Origin: Oligoflexales bacterium
Lineage (GTDB): Bacteria; Bdellovibrionota_B; Oligoflexia; Oligoflexales; JAPPIL01
DNA length: 64,000 nucleotides
Assembly: GCA_965215515.1 (NCBI GenBank)
Contig: OZ244057.1
Location: forward strand, 896,001 to 960,000
Direction of reading: 5' to 3'
Shown: positions 19,201 through 27,353 of the stretch, piece after piece
Numbering within the stretch: the stretch's first letter is position 1
Layout: each line of letters begins with the position of its first letter
Program-made: the position numbers and the translations under genes
The notes under the pieces: generated by a model
The model's input: the letters and a program-made list of their open reading frames with translations, nothing else
The model's database searches: none
Told to the model about the DNA's origin: nothing

Positions 19201-20382
19201 GTAGTAGGTGATGATAAACAAACAGTACTGGCAAAAAATTCTGCCCTTGATGACTATTTATTTCAGGAGTTTGGGCTTGATGAGCACTTGCGAAAAACAC
19301 AGGGACAGGGGTTAAAAGGTGGTGGTTCGCATATTTTTGGCTTGATTAAACAAATCAAGCAAGCGTCTCTTATGCTTGACGAGCATTACCGTTGTCCGCC
19401 AGAAATTATTGCCTACTCAAACCACTATGTTTATCATAACGACTTAAAAATGATGCAATGGGGTACTCGTGATGCTGTTGTCGTTGATTATAGTGAAGAG
19501 CATGCCGAAAAAATAACACGTCAAACACGCGGTATCTATAAAGGTATTGAGACCGATATGGTTGATCGCTTTCTGCTGTTTGTCGAAAATACGATTAAAA
19601 AAATTGAGCAAGAAAAAAACATAAAAATAAATGTCGAAAAAAATGTGGCATTATGCTATTTTTTGCTAAAAAATGAACCCTACCTTAAAGCCAAGAAGGG
19701 TGAGCTTTTGCGTCGTCTCAATAGAGGAGAGGACATTCTTGATGGTGCGGGAGCGGCGTTGCAAGGGAAGGAACGTGATTACATTTTTTATCTGTGGGAC
19801 ATCAATCGCAGTAACATGATGGCTTTTCGACAAGGCGATGAGGAAGACAAGCGTAAGGGTGAGTTGAATGTATTGATGAGTCGCCCTAAAAAGCGGGCCT
19901 ATCACTATTTGCATAAAAGTTTTGCCAGTTTAAAACACAACAGGGCTACGATCAGCGATTATTTGTGGAAAGCTTATCGTCAGCAGCAACGTGTCAAAGA
20001 ACGCAAAACTTTTGTGCCCCGTGCCCAGAATCCTACTCCTAGCTTTACCCCCTGGCGCAGATACAGCGGGCAGTTGATTGAAAAAATTCTTGCCGAGAAT
20101 ATCAAAAAAGCCGACTTGCAAGTGCACTACAGTGTTAATATCGGTGACCCTGCTTACTGTATCGATTTGGTGCTGGAGGCGGGCAAGCACAGTATCGGTA
20201 TTATCGATATCAGTCGTTTTATGGAAGAAAGCAAACCTGCCGAGAGTATGATCGCTTATTATTTTCAAATCAAGCGCGCGACACCTAAGATTATCCCTTG
20301 GTTTACATTTATTAGCGACATCGCCAGCTGTCGTGACCGCGAACTGCGCGTCTTGGCAAAGACGATTGAGCGGCTCAGCTAA
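16213..20382 (+). CDS. Large SF1 (Upf1/DNA2/NAM7-like) helicase, possible C-terminal nuclease-like domain
   Basis: GPPGTGKT, IVDEATQ, VGDDKQ, LDEHYRC, QGKERD, LNVLMSRPK; DUF4011-like segment (FPLYYMKVTL...YLNHLAL); C-terminal YCIDLVL. Confidence 0.88.
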   Translation: MKNIIAQKIPPAGLSKRCNRANKFKITRSKDGFGFHVYVLENTARREKINISRFIFDRFRSALKTVEKSWQRREFPPEAKVFYRSEVHFIISQKLNEKHQYLIQEIDHKGDTAGYMSFDIDAVEALTKLLYHHKLFHPNDLLNRLIGYHKIFRFSFAESTDSITSKLVIKNDLLCSVEGYKKKLKPRFASKIVPFLGGSAPSTSPAMDLAKVKQQNFFKSRLAEKAVAHNAAVNYDQLFEPEEKVVEPKSERTSKLNEQRILLPLHAQDVKNFTEVPFICEFTTGDFSDFLQFVGRERHGEFLLGFEIIDCLFKQSGSMKTFKFPLYYMKVTLKESGKEIIIEPVEDGVFYLNHLALANLIEKFSKNKSADNINKFFKTLLAQYMTVDEKPTRVYLSRMLPINEEIFALVRKILFGTPEERGKGGILFNLTTIGAEIDLDSVYLYRSAKVQALMALSLEHDLDEILTIAYEHPQRFYHSNLGNFLSPETYVPVRGIFSERAWVPKALPKSFSTLLKKLDEHNFLLLEGPPGTGKTHSILKLLIHCICINKKILVVSDQHSAIHALLEPLKEFAHQGSSDTQNIANIIAQSIKVIDHIPARDSSLSAWASSLKKMLTTNKLIEHLSEDPPNYNVQIKQIDNDMQALKEKLQETIKQNLSPRNYHESTAKDIESIINFIRFCGYSRRSGKNRERNTWNRKLVTEFMAMRKKLLKFGSLYRFFRFTNSLSEYNQEMLMTREFINKMLKIKPKNVCKLNLVYERKLDNAVTAYFLKEWQRSFPVRKSGLARALRYFTALIRHPLTGRLKKIRRILNNQLALLQSADSKVIFQMNKIHHYLRARKEQASCLAYDIFVKNEGKVAKRKQKHTETAQDILQVMEQRQDERDRLVKMRFLLNLTNIASKAQHSAGDGKPDPLTTIAALCDNLGSYDALEMALPVLNDLKEKLMEIFPIWICRKQAVPFLFPCAENIFDLVIVDEATQCRVDDALPLLFRASKLLVVGDDKQTVLAKNSALDDYLFQEFGLDEHLRKTQGQGLKGGGSHIFGLIKQIKQASLMLDEHYRCPPEIIAYSNHYVYHNDLKMMQWGTRDAVVVDYSEEHAEKITRQTRGIYKGIETDMVDRFLLFVENTIKKIEQEKNIKINVEKNVALCYFLLKNEPYLKAKKGELLRRLNRGEDILDGAGAALQGKERDYIFYLWDINRSNMMAFRQGDEEDKRKGELNVLMSRPKKRAYHYLHKSFASLKHNRATISDYLWKAYRQQQRVKERKTFVPRAQNPTPSFTPWRRYSGQLIEKILAENIKKADLQVHYSVNIGDPAYCIDLVLEAGKHSIGIIDISRFMEESKPAESMIAYYFQIKRATPKIIPWFTFISDIASCRDRELRVLAKTIERLS

Positions 20383-20393
20383 AAACAAACACC

Positions 20394-21440
20394 CTACCGA
20401 TAACCTTCTTGTAAAGCATCGAGTTGTGCCGCACCAGGGCATAGCTGGCTGTGCGTAAGCTGTGCCAGCGGTGTCGGAGGCAGAGAATTGATAGCACTTA
20501 AATCCTCGCGATCGCGTTCAGCATAAAGCAGACCAGTTACCACACCCCGTGCTTTTTGCAGATAGGCGTGTGCCGCATGGCGGTCGCTCACATCGTAGTC
20601 GTCGGCAAGGTTGTGAATCGTCAGCCGCGCACCGTCGTGCAACGGAATCGTTTGACTCGTTCCCGCCGCAATCTGTGCCGCGATCTCCGCACGGGGGGGC
20701 ACGAAACTAGCCTTCGTTACCGCGTCGTAGTTTTTCCGCGTGTACATATAGCTTTTAGTCGACTCACGGTGGTCGTTGAAGGTCACACATGGCGAAATTA
20801 CATCCACCAACGCAAAACCACGTTGCTTCAGCCCGCCCTTCAACAAGGTTACCAGTTGAGCACGATCACCAGAAAAACCACGTGCCACATAAGGTGCACC
20901 GAGCAGCAAAGCTAACGCAACCGCATCGATCGCCGCGTAAGGGTTGCTCTCCCCTGTGCGGGAACGCGTCGTCGTATCCGCCGCGGCCGAAAACTGCCCC
21001 TTAGTCAACCCGTACACCCCGTTGTTCTCGATGATGTAGAGCATGTCGACGTTGCGCCGTATGGCGTGACACAACTGCCCCAACCCGATCGACAGCGAAT
21101 CACCATCGCCCGATACGCCGATGTAGCACATGTCGGAACGTGCTACCGCAGCGCCCGTGGCAATAGACGGCATGCGCCCATGCACAGCATTGATCCCATG
21201 CGCACCACGCAAAAAGTAGGCGGTCGACTTCGACGAACAGCCGATGCCGCTCAGTTTAGCCACCTTCTCCGCGGCAACGTCGAGATCAAACAAACTTTGC
21301 ACCAACGCCGCAGTTATCGAGTCATGCCCACAGCCCGCACACAAAGTCGAAGCGACACCCTCGTAATCACGCACCGTCAGACCGAGCCTGTTACGCGGCA
21401 GTTGCGGGTGTCGCAGCTGCGGTTTACGTATCGAAGTCAA
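20394..21440 (-). CDS. korB: 2-oxoacid:ferredoxin oxidoreductase beta subunit
   Basis: LCAGCGH, SGIGCSSK, HGRMP, SGDGD, NNGVYGLTKGQFS, SPCVTFN. Confidence 0.92.
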   Translation of the reverse strand: MTSIRKPQLRHPQLPRNRLGLTVRDYEGVASTLCAGCGHDSITAALVQSLFDLDVAAEKVAKLSGIGCSSKSTAYFLRGAHGINAVHGRMPSIATGAAVARSDMCYIGVSGDGDSLSIGLGQLCHAIRRNVDMLYIIENNGVYGLTKGQFSAAADTTTRSRTGESNPYAAIDAVALALLLGAPYVARGFSGDRAQLVTLLKGGLKQRGFALVDVISPCVTFNDHRESTKSYMYTRKNYDAVTKASFVPPRAEIAAQIAAGTSQTIPLHDGARLTIHNLADDYDVSDRHAAHAYLQKARGVVTGLLYAERDREDLSAINSLPPTPLAQLTHSQLCPGAAQLDALQEGYR

Positions 21441-21625
21441 CTAACAACCCGAAAGTTACCAGATCTGCGTGACTCTACCGCTTCATACACACCACGCCAA
21501 GTACTTTCCGTCCTCAAGATACAAACTGCCTTCTCATCTCACTTTGTTTGGACTTGACAGAGACACGGAGGCATGTTCCTACAGCAATCGGCGTTATTGT
21601 CACTACCGATCAACTGGAGGTTATC

Positions 21626-22738
21626 ATGCGACTGGCTCTACTGTTGTTGATGTGTTCTACCCTCTTCGCCTCTGCCGATGTGGCTAAGTTGTCTCGTTTC
21701 GCCCGACAGGTAGCTGCGAGCGCAACTGCCGTGGGGGTGGCGTGCAGTGCGATGTTGTGCACCGTCGGTGTGGCATCGGCAAAAGATGTTCCGAAATATT
21801 GGCAAGGCTACCACTGGGATGCATCGCAATACCACGTTGCGCAACTGAAAAAGCTCGCCTTGACGGGATACCGCGGGGCGCAGCAGCACACCGCACCAGG
21901 TGGTGGGGTGGAATTGGAATTCATACTCAGAGACTCAGGAGGAGATCTTTTTGAAGGCCACCCTGACAGTGCGTCCTGGGGGTATCTGCACACGCAGGCT
22001 GTCCACGACGGCGAGGATTGGCATTTTCCACGTCTGCACGTTTACCTCATGTACGATTACGGTGTGCCTTACCCTATGTCCTACGCCGATGGACAGGCTA
22101 TCAAAGCAGAGATTTCGCAGTGGGGCTACAGCTATTACGATTTTCGTGCCCACCGCTTGGCTAACGACGAGACGGAGGGATTCGTTACTCACCATCTCCA
22201 TCTGTGGAGTCTGGGGTTGCTGCCCATGTTCAGAAGCAGTTTCGGTTTAGGTGATCTGGGGGTGGTGGAAACGGGTAGCTTTGCACAGTCAGACCTAACT
22301 GCCTGGGCGGGGGATGAAGCTGATTTCCACGCGGTTCTCTGGCATCACGGATCGCTCGAATTTCGCTTCCGCTCGTTCTGGGGTGACCTGCAATTCGATA
22401 TCGCTAGCGATTATCCCCTCCTTTACTATGCGACATCAAAAGAACCTCCGCCACCCATCGATTTTGGTATCAAGGTCGAACAACTGCGCTCCCTTTTCGG
22501 TGACATAGATTTGCCCGATGCAGGAGACGGTGGCTTCACCGCCATCTGGGAAGCAGTCACGGCAGACATAGTACTGACACTTTTTAGCGGCGAGCGGCGC
22601 GAAGGCAGCCTGAGCATCGCTCTCGAAGGGTCGGTCTACCGTCAACGTATCGACGGCGAAATAGACGGTGGCAAGTCGTTTTCCCAAAACGTGCGGGGAA
22701 GACGCATCACGGGAAAAATAATCACCCTCTGGCACTGA
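21626..22738 (+). CDS. Secreted hypothetical protein, aromatic and beta-strand-rich
   Basis: GGAGG RBS before ATG 21626; signal peptide plus a second hydrophobic stretch; W/Y/F/D-rich mature part. Confidence 0.65.
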   Translation: MRLALLLLMCSTLFASADVAKLSRFARQVAASATAVGVACSAMLCTVGVASAKDVPKYWQGYHWDASQYHVAQLKKLALTGYRGAQQHTAPGGGVELEFILRDSGGDLFEGHPDSASWGYLHTQAVHDGEDWHFPRLHVYLMYDYGVPYPMSYADGQAIKAEISQWGYSYYDFRAHRLANDETEGFVTHHLHLWSLGLLPMFRSSFGLGDLGVVETGSFAQSDLTAWAGDEADFHAVLWHHGSLEFRFRSFWGDLQFDIASDYPLLYYATSKEPPPPIDFGIKVEQLRSLFGDIDLPDAGDGGFTAIWEAVTADIVLTLFSGERREGSLSIALEGSVYRQRIDGEIDGGKSFSQNVRGRRITGKIITLWH

Positions 22739-22777
22739 ACAGGGCGAGCTAAGTTTTTTTTGCTGCGGTGGTGTTCG

Positions 22778-24157
22778 CTACTGTAACAGGGCGAGAATAT
22801 CGTCGCTGGTCTTCTTGGCATCGCCAAACAGCATCTGGGTGTTGTCGCGGAAAAATAGCGGATTGTCGACCCCCGCATAACCACTCGCCATACTGCGTTT
22901 CAACACCACAACCTTCTTGGCATCCCAAGCTTGCAACACAGGCATACCATAAATCGCACTGCTGCGGTCGGAAATCGCGCCAGGGTTAACGATGTCGTTT
23001 GCACCTACTACCAACACCGCATCGGTGCGGGGAAAGGCAGCATTGATATCATCCATTTCCTCCACAATACTGTAAGGCACACCCGCCTCGGCCAACAAGA
23101 CATTCATATGCCCAGGCAAACGTCCCGCCACAGGGTGAATGGCAAAACGCACATCAACCCCGTTGTCGGTCAAGCGGGAACTTATCTCCTTGATACTGTG
23201 CTGTGCCTGCGCTACCGCCATCCCGTAGCCAGGCACGATGATGACCTTGCTAGCACTCTGCAATAGAGCCGCAGTCGTCCCCACGTCGGTGATGAGATAT
23301 TTCCTGTTATCTACGTCAGCCGTTGCCGTCCCCTGCTTACCGCCAAAACCACCGAGAACGACACTGAAGAAAGAACGGTTCATCGCCCGACACATGATGT
23401 AGCTGAGAATTGCCCCGCTGCTACCGACCAACGCCCCCGCGACGATGAGCAGATCGTTGACCAGCATGAAACCTGTCGCCGCAGCCGCCCAACCAGAGTA
23501 GCTGTTCAGCATCGAGACCACCACAGGCATGTCCGCACCGCCGATCGCGACCACGAGATGCGCTCCAAAAACAAAGGCCAGCAGGCAAGCCAGCAACAGT
23601 GGCAAGACATTGCCACCACCGACAAAAAAATAGCCGCAGACAATTATCAGACTTAACATCAGCAGGTTCAAAACATGTCGAGCAGGAAGCAGCAGCGGCC
23701 GACCATCGAGCGTTCCCTGTAATTTAGCCCACGCCACTACCGAGCCTGTAAAAGTCAACGCACCGACAAACACACCGACAAACACCTCGCCGCGATGCAC
23801 CGCGTGTGCCATCTGTTCTCCAGTAGTTACGCGTTGGGTAACATGATCGCTGATACCGATCAACACCGCCGCTAAGCCGACAAAACTGTGCAAAATCGCT
23901 ATCAATTGTGGCATCGCAGTCATCTCGACACGGCGGGCAACGTAGATACCGACCGTGCCCCCTATGACGAGCAGCACCGTAATCAGCCCCAGCCCCCCCT
24001 CGCCCGCGCACAACGTAGCCACGATCGCCAACAAAATACCGATCGTACCGCACAACGCGCCGCGGCGCGCCGTATGGTGCGCACTCAACCCACCGAGACT
24101 CAAGATGAAGAGCACCGCCACGAGCAGGTAGGAAACGGTTAGCAGATTGTCGCTCAT
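22778..24157 (-). CDS. pntB: NAD(P) transhydrogenase beta subunit
   Basis: MTAMPQLIAILHSFVGLAA, IGGADMPVVVSMLNSYSG, PGYGMAVAQAQ, HPVAGRLPGHMN. Confidence 0.96.
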   Translation of the reverse strand: MSDNLLTVSYLLVAVLFILSLGGLSAHHTARRGALCGTIGILLAIVATLCAGEGGLGLITVLLVIGGTVGIYVARRVEMTAMPQLIAILHSFVGLAAVLIGISDHVTQRVTTGEQMAHAVHRGEVFVGVFVGALTFTGSVVAWAKLQGTLDGRPLLLPARHVLNLLMLSLIIVCGYFFVGGGNVLPLLLACLLAFVFGAHLVVAIGGADMPVVVSMLNSYSGWAAAATGFMLVNDLLIVAGALVGSSGAILSYIMCRAMNRSFFSVVLGGFGGKQGTATADVDNRKYLITDVGTTAALLQSASKVIIVPGYGMAVAQAQHSIKEISSRLTDNGVDVRFAIHPVAGRLPGHMNVLLAEAGVPYSIVEEMDDINAAFPRTDAVLVVGANDIVNPGAISDRSSAIYGMPVLQAWDAKKVVVLKRSMASGYAGVDNPLFFRDNTQMLFGDAKKTSDDILALLQ

Positions 24158-24164
24158 TTTAACC

Positions 24165-25703
24165 TTACTTGCGAAACATCTTCAGCATGCGCCAGGTGAC
24201 AAAAAACCCTCCCGCCACATTCACCGTCGCCATCAACACCGCGGCGACCGCAAGCAGCGAGGCGATGTTCCAGTGCGGCGGTTGTAGTTCCAGCATCGCA
24301 CCGAGCACGATGATACCGCTGATAGCGTTGGTAACACTCATTAATGGCGTGTGCAGCGCGGGAGTGACATTCCACACCACCTGCCACCCGACAAAACACG
24401 CCAGCACAAACACCGTCAGACGTTCGATGAAGGCAGGTGGAGCAAAACTGCCCAAGCCGTACAAACACGCCACCGCAGCAACCCAGCCCAACCACACGTA
24501 GGCATCGTGACGACGGGGGGTAGCCTGTACGGTGCGTGTCGCCTTTGAGGGTGTGGCCGCGGGTGATGGTCGCGGCACGACATCCACAACCTGCGGCGTT
24601 GGCCAGCGGATCGTGCCTTGCTGGCAAAGCAGGGCAGCCGAGATGATTTTGTTGTCGAGATCGAAGGTGAGTTCCCGCTTGCCTTCGTCCGTCAGCAACT
24701 TCAGCAGTTGTAATAAATTGTTGCTGTAAAACATGCTTGCCTGCTTCGCCAGCTGACTAGGCAAATCGGTGAAACCCGCGATCTTTACTCCTCGATGCTC
24801 GATTACCTCGTCCGCGACCGTCAACTCACAGTTGCCGCCCATCTCCGCGGCGAGATCGAAAATCACACTGCCTGCAGCCATACTCTCGACCATCGGGCGA
24901 GTAATCAACACGGGTGCGGGGCGACCTGGCACTAGTGCCGTGGTTATCGCAATCGCAGTACGAGGCATGCGTGTCGCGAGCAACCGCATTTCACTCGCCA
25001 CGTAATCTGCGCTCATCTGCTTGCCATAACCACCTTCTCCCGCACCTTCTTCGTCGCTGTCGAGAGCGAGAAAACGCCCGCCCACGCTACGTACCTGTTC
25101 GGCCGCGGCAGCACGCGTATCGAAAGCATACACCTCTGCACCGAGACTGCGTGCCGCACTGATAGCGCTCAACCCCGCAACACCAGCACCGATAACCAAC
25201 ACCTCGGCGGGGTCGCTACGCCCTGCGGAAGTTATCTGCCCAGGCAAAAACCCCCCGTACATGTCAGCCGCGGCAACGACCGCCTTGTAGCCTGCGATGT
25301 TGGCCATCGTGCTCATGGCATCCATACTCTGTGCGATCGAAATACGCGGGATGCAGTCCATCGCCACCACCGAAAGCTGTCGCTGCGCGGCGGTTGCTAG
25401 CAAATCCTGATTGTCGTGCGGTTTGAAAAAGCCGATCAGCGCGGCATGTGTACGCATCTGCTGGAGTTCCGCAGCAGATGGAGGCGCGACTTTGAGGATG
25501 ACATGCGCTTCACGCCAGACGCTATCGTCGCTGAGCACTGCCCCCTGTGCCTCATAGTCGGCATCGGCAAAACCAGCCGCGTGCCCCGTGCCCCGTGCCA
25601 CCCGCACCTCATTACCCCAGCTGCGCAACACGCATGCAACCCGCGGGGTGAGGGCAGTGCGCCTTTCACGCACCCCACCCTCGACAGGAACACCGATAAT
25701 CAT
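24165..25703 (-). CDS. pntA: NAD(P) transhydrogenase alpha subunit (fused type)
   Basis: [46 protein letters not shown]. Confidence 0.95.
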   Translation of the reverse strand: MIIGVPVEGGVRERRTALTPRVACVLRSWGNEVRVARGTGHAAGFADADYEAQGAVLSDDSVWREAHVILKVAPPSAAELQQMRTHAALIGFFKPHDNQDLLATAAQRQLSVVAMDCIPRISIAQSMDAMSTMANIAGYKAVVAAADMYGGFLPGQITSAGRSDPAEVLVIGAGVAGLSAISAARSLGAEVYAFDTRAAAAEQVRSVGGRFLALDSDEEGAGEGGYGKQMSADYVASEMRLLATRMPRTAIAITTALVPGRPAPVLITRPMVESMAAGSVIFDLAAEMGGNCELTVADEVIEHRGVKIAGFTDLPSQLAKQASMFYSNNLLQLLKLLTDEGKRELTFDLDNKIISAALLCQQGTIRWPTPQVVDVVPRPSPAATPSKATRTVQATPRRHDAYVWLGWVAAVACLYGLGSFAPPAFIERLTVFVLACFVGWQVVWNVTPALHTPLMSVTNAISGIIVLGAMLELQPPHWNIASLLAVAAVLMATVNVAGGFFVTWRMLKMFRK

Positions 25704-25734
25704 GTCGTGCTCATGGGTTTATTGCTTCGCTACT

Positions 25735-26085
25735 TCACGACTTGGTGGCATTGAGTGCAGCATCACGATCGTCATAGACGGGTAGAAATCTGGTCAGCCC
25801 ACTGATGTCGAGAATTCTTTGCACGTTGCTGTTCACCGAACACAGCACCACCTTGCCGCCTTTGGTTCTCGTCTTCTTGGCAACGTAGAGCAGCACCCGT
25901 AACCCTGCGCTGGAAATGTAGACTAGGTCTGAAAAATCAAAGACCACCTTGACAAAATCACTCTCCAGCACGTCGGTAGCGCGCTCGTTGACGGCATTAA
26001 CCATAGAAGCATCGAGATGCCCTTCGATGGCAAAAACCATCGTGTCGCCTATTTCCTCGATCTTGATGCCAACTTTCGTATCCAT
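25735..26085 (-). CDS. STAS-domain anti-sigma factor antagonist
   Basis: GHLDA...FDFSDLVYISSAGLRVLL...ILDISG. Confidence 0.9.
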   Translation of the reverse strand: MDTKVGIKIEEIGDTMVFAIEGHLDASMVNAVNERATDVLESDFVKVVFDFSDLVYISSAGLRVLLYVAKKTRTKGGKVVLCSVNSNVQRILDISGLTRFLPVYDDRDAALNATKS

Positions 26086-26112
26086 ACACCTGACCTCACT
26101 AAAATCCCGATG

Positions 26113-27177
26113 TTAGTTCAAACAGACAGTTTCCACAAGCCGCGCGGCCACCCGATACGGATCGGCGTTAGCACCAGGACGACGATCTTCAAAGTATCCA
26201 TACCCCTGCTGCGAAGTGGCAAGAGGAATGCGAATCGATGCCCCGCGATCCAACACCCCTGACTTAAACTGATCGATGTGGCAGGTTTCGTGTAAGCCTG
26301 TCAAGCGCTCTTCGAGACGATCGCCGTAATCACGAATGTGCTTGGCGTGGTTGTCCTTCAAATTTTCCACCGCAGCCTTGATGGCTACCAGACCGTTTTC
26401 ACGGTCGCGTGTCGCGGCAGTGGAGAAGTTGGTGTGCATCCCAGCACCGTTCCAGTCACCAGGCATAGGCTTGTTGCTGAAAGAAACAATGGCATCGTGT
26501 CGCTCGGCGACGCGCTCCAACAGATAACGTGCGATCCACAACTGATCGGAGATGGTCAGAGGATCAACCGCTTCGCCTTCGATCCCACGATAGCCGATCT
26601 GAAACTCCCACTGCGCAGGCATTACCTCGGCATTGATACCGTAAAAGGCGAGATCAGCTTGCCGACAGACCTGGAGATGATGCTCGACGATCTGTCGTCC
26701 GAAAACACGGTTCGTGCCCAGACCGCAGTAAAACGGCCCCTGCGGTTCAGGAAAACCGCCCTTACTTGGCCAACCCCACGGACGACTGTACTCAAAGAAA
26801 GTATACTCTTGCTCGAAGCCGATCCATGGCTCAGCCGCCTCAGCACTGTTCAGCACCTTAGCCAACTCGTGGCGGGTGTTCGTGATGTGCGGTGTGTCGT
26901 CGGAGTTGTAAACCTCCGCGACCACCAGATAGTGATTGCCCTCCATCTCCCGCAGGGGGTTAGGGCAGAAAAAAACAGGTTTTAAGACACAGTCAGAATG
27001 TGAGCCGTGCGACTGCCAAGTCGAAGAACCGTCGAATGCCCACTCAGGTAAGTCACTTAAACTTTCTACTTTCTCGGTAGGCAGAATCTTGCTCTTGGAG
27101 CGCAGTCCCTGCGTCGGTCGCCCTCCATCGAGCCACATATACTCTGCCGTCGCCAGCAGCCTACCACTCTTCGCCAT
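26113..27177 (-). CDS. glnII: Glutamine synthetase type II
   Basis: 354 aa; AEYMWLDG, LRSKSK, WAFDGSST, PQGPFYCG, GINAEVMPAQWEFQIG, DWNGAGMHTNFST, RLTGLHET, YFEDRRP. Confidence 0.92.
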   Translation of the reverse strand: MAKSGRLLATAEYMWLDGGRPTQGLRSKSKILPTEKVESLSDLPEWAFDGSSTWQSHGSHSDCVLKPVFFCPNPLREMEGNHYLVVAEVYNSDDTPHITNTRHELAKVLNSAEAAEPWIGFEQEYTFFEYSRPWGWPSKGGFPEPQGPFYCGLGTNRVFGRQIVEHHLQVCRQADLAFYGINAEVMPAQWEFQIGYRGIEGEAVDPLTISDQLWIARYLLERVAERHDAIVSFSNKPMPGDWNGAGMHTNFSTAATRDRENGLVAIKAAVENLKDNHAKHIRDYGDRLEERLTGLHETCHIDQFKSGVLDRGASIRIPLATSQQGYGYFEDRRPGANADPYRVAARLVETVCLN

Positions 27178-27353
27178 AACTGAACCCTCCCTTAACTCAC
27201 TACACAGCAGACTAACCTAAGACGTAACGGTACACGCTAAAATGCCACGGGTCAACAGAGTTTTTTTTCGTCTTCTCGTCGGGAAATGGCAAAGGAAGTT
27301 GCCCTCAGATACGTGATGCAGTAGAACATCATGATGTGCTAACGGGGAGTAGC

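Noticed and set aside
13733..20382. Canonical Zorya type I or II
   Set aside because: The A subunit is 263 aa without a long tail, the helicase is SF1 rather than SNF2, and no ZorC or HNH ZorE was recognised.
13667..20400. Prophage, ICE or transposon
   Set aside because: No integrase, transposase, att-like repeat or structural genes were seen.
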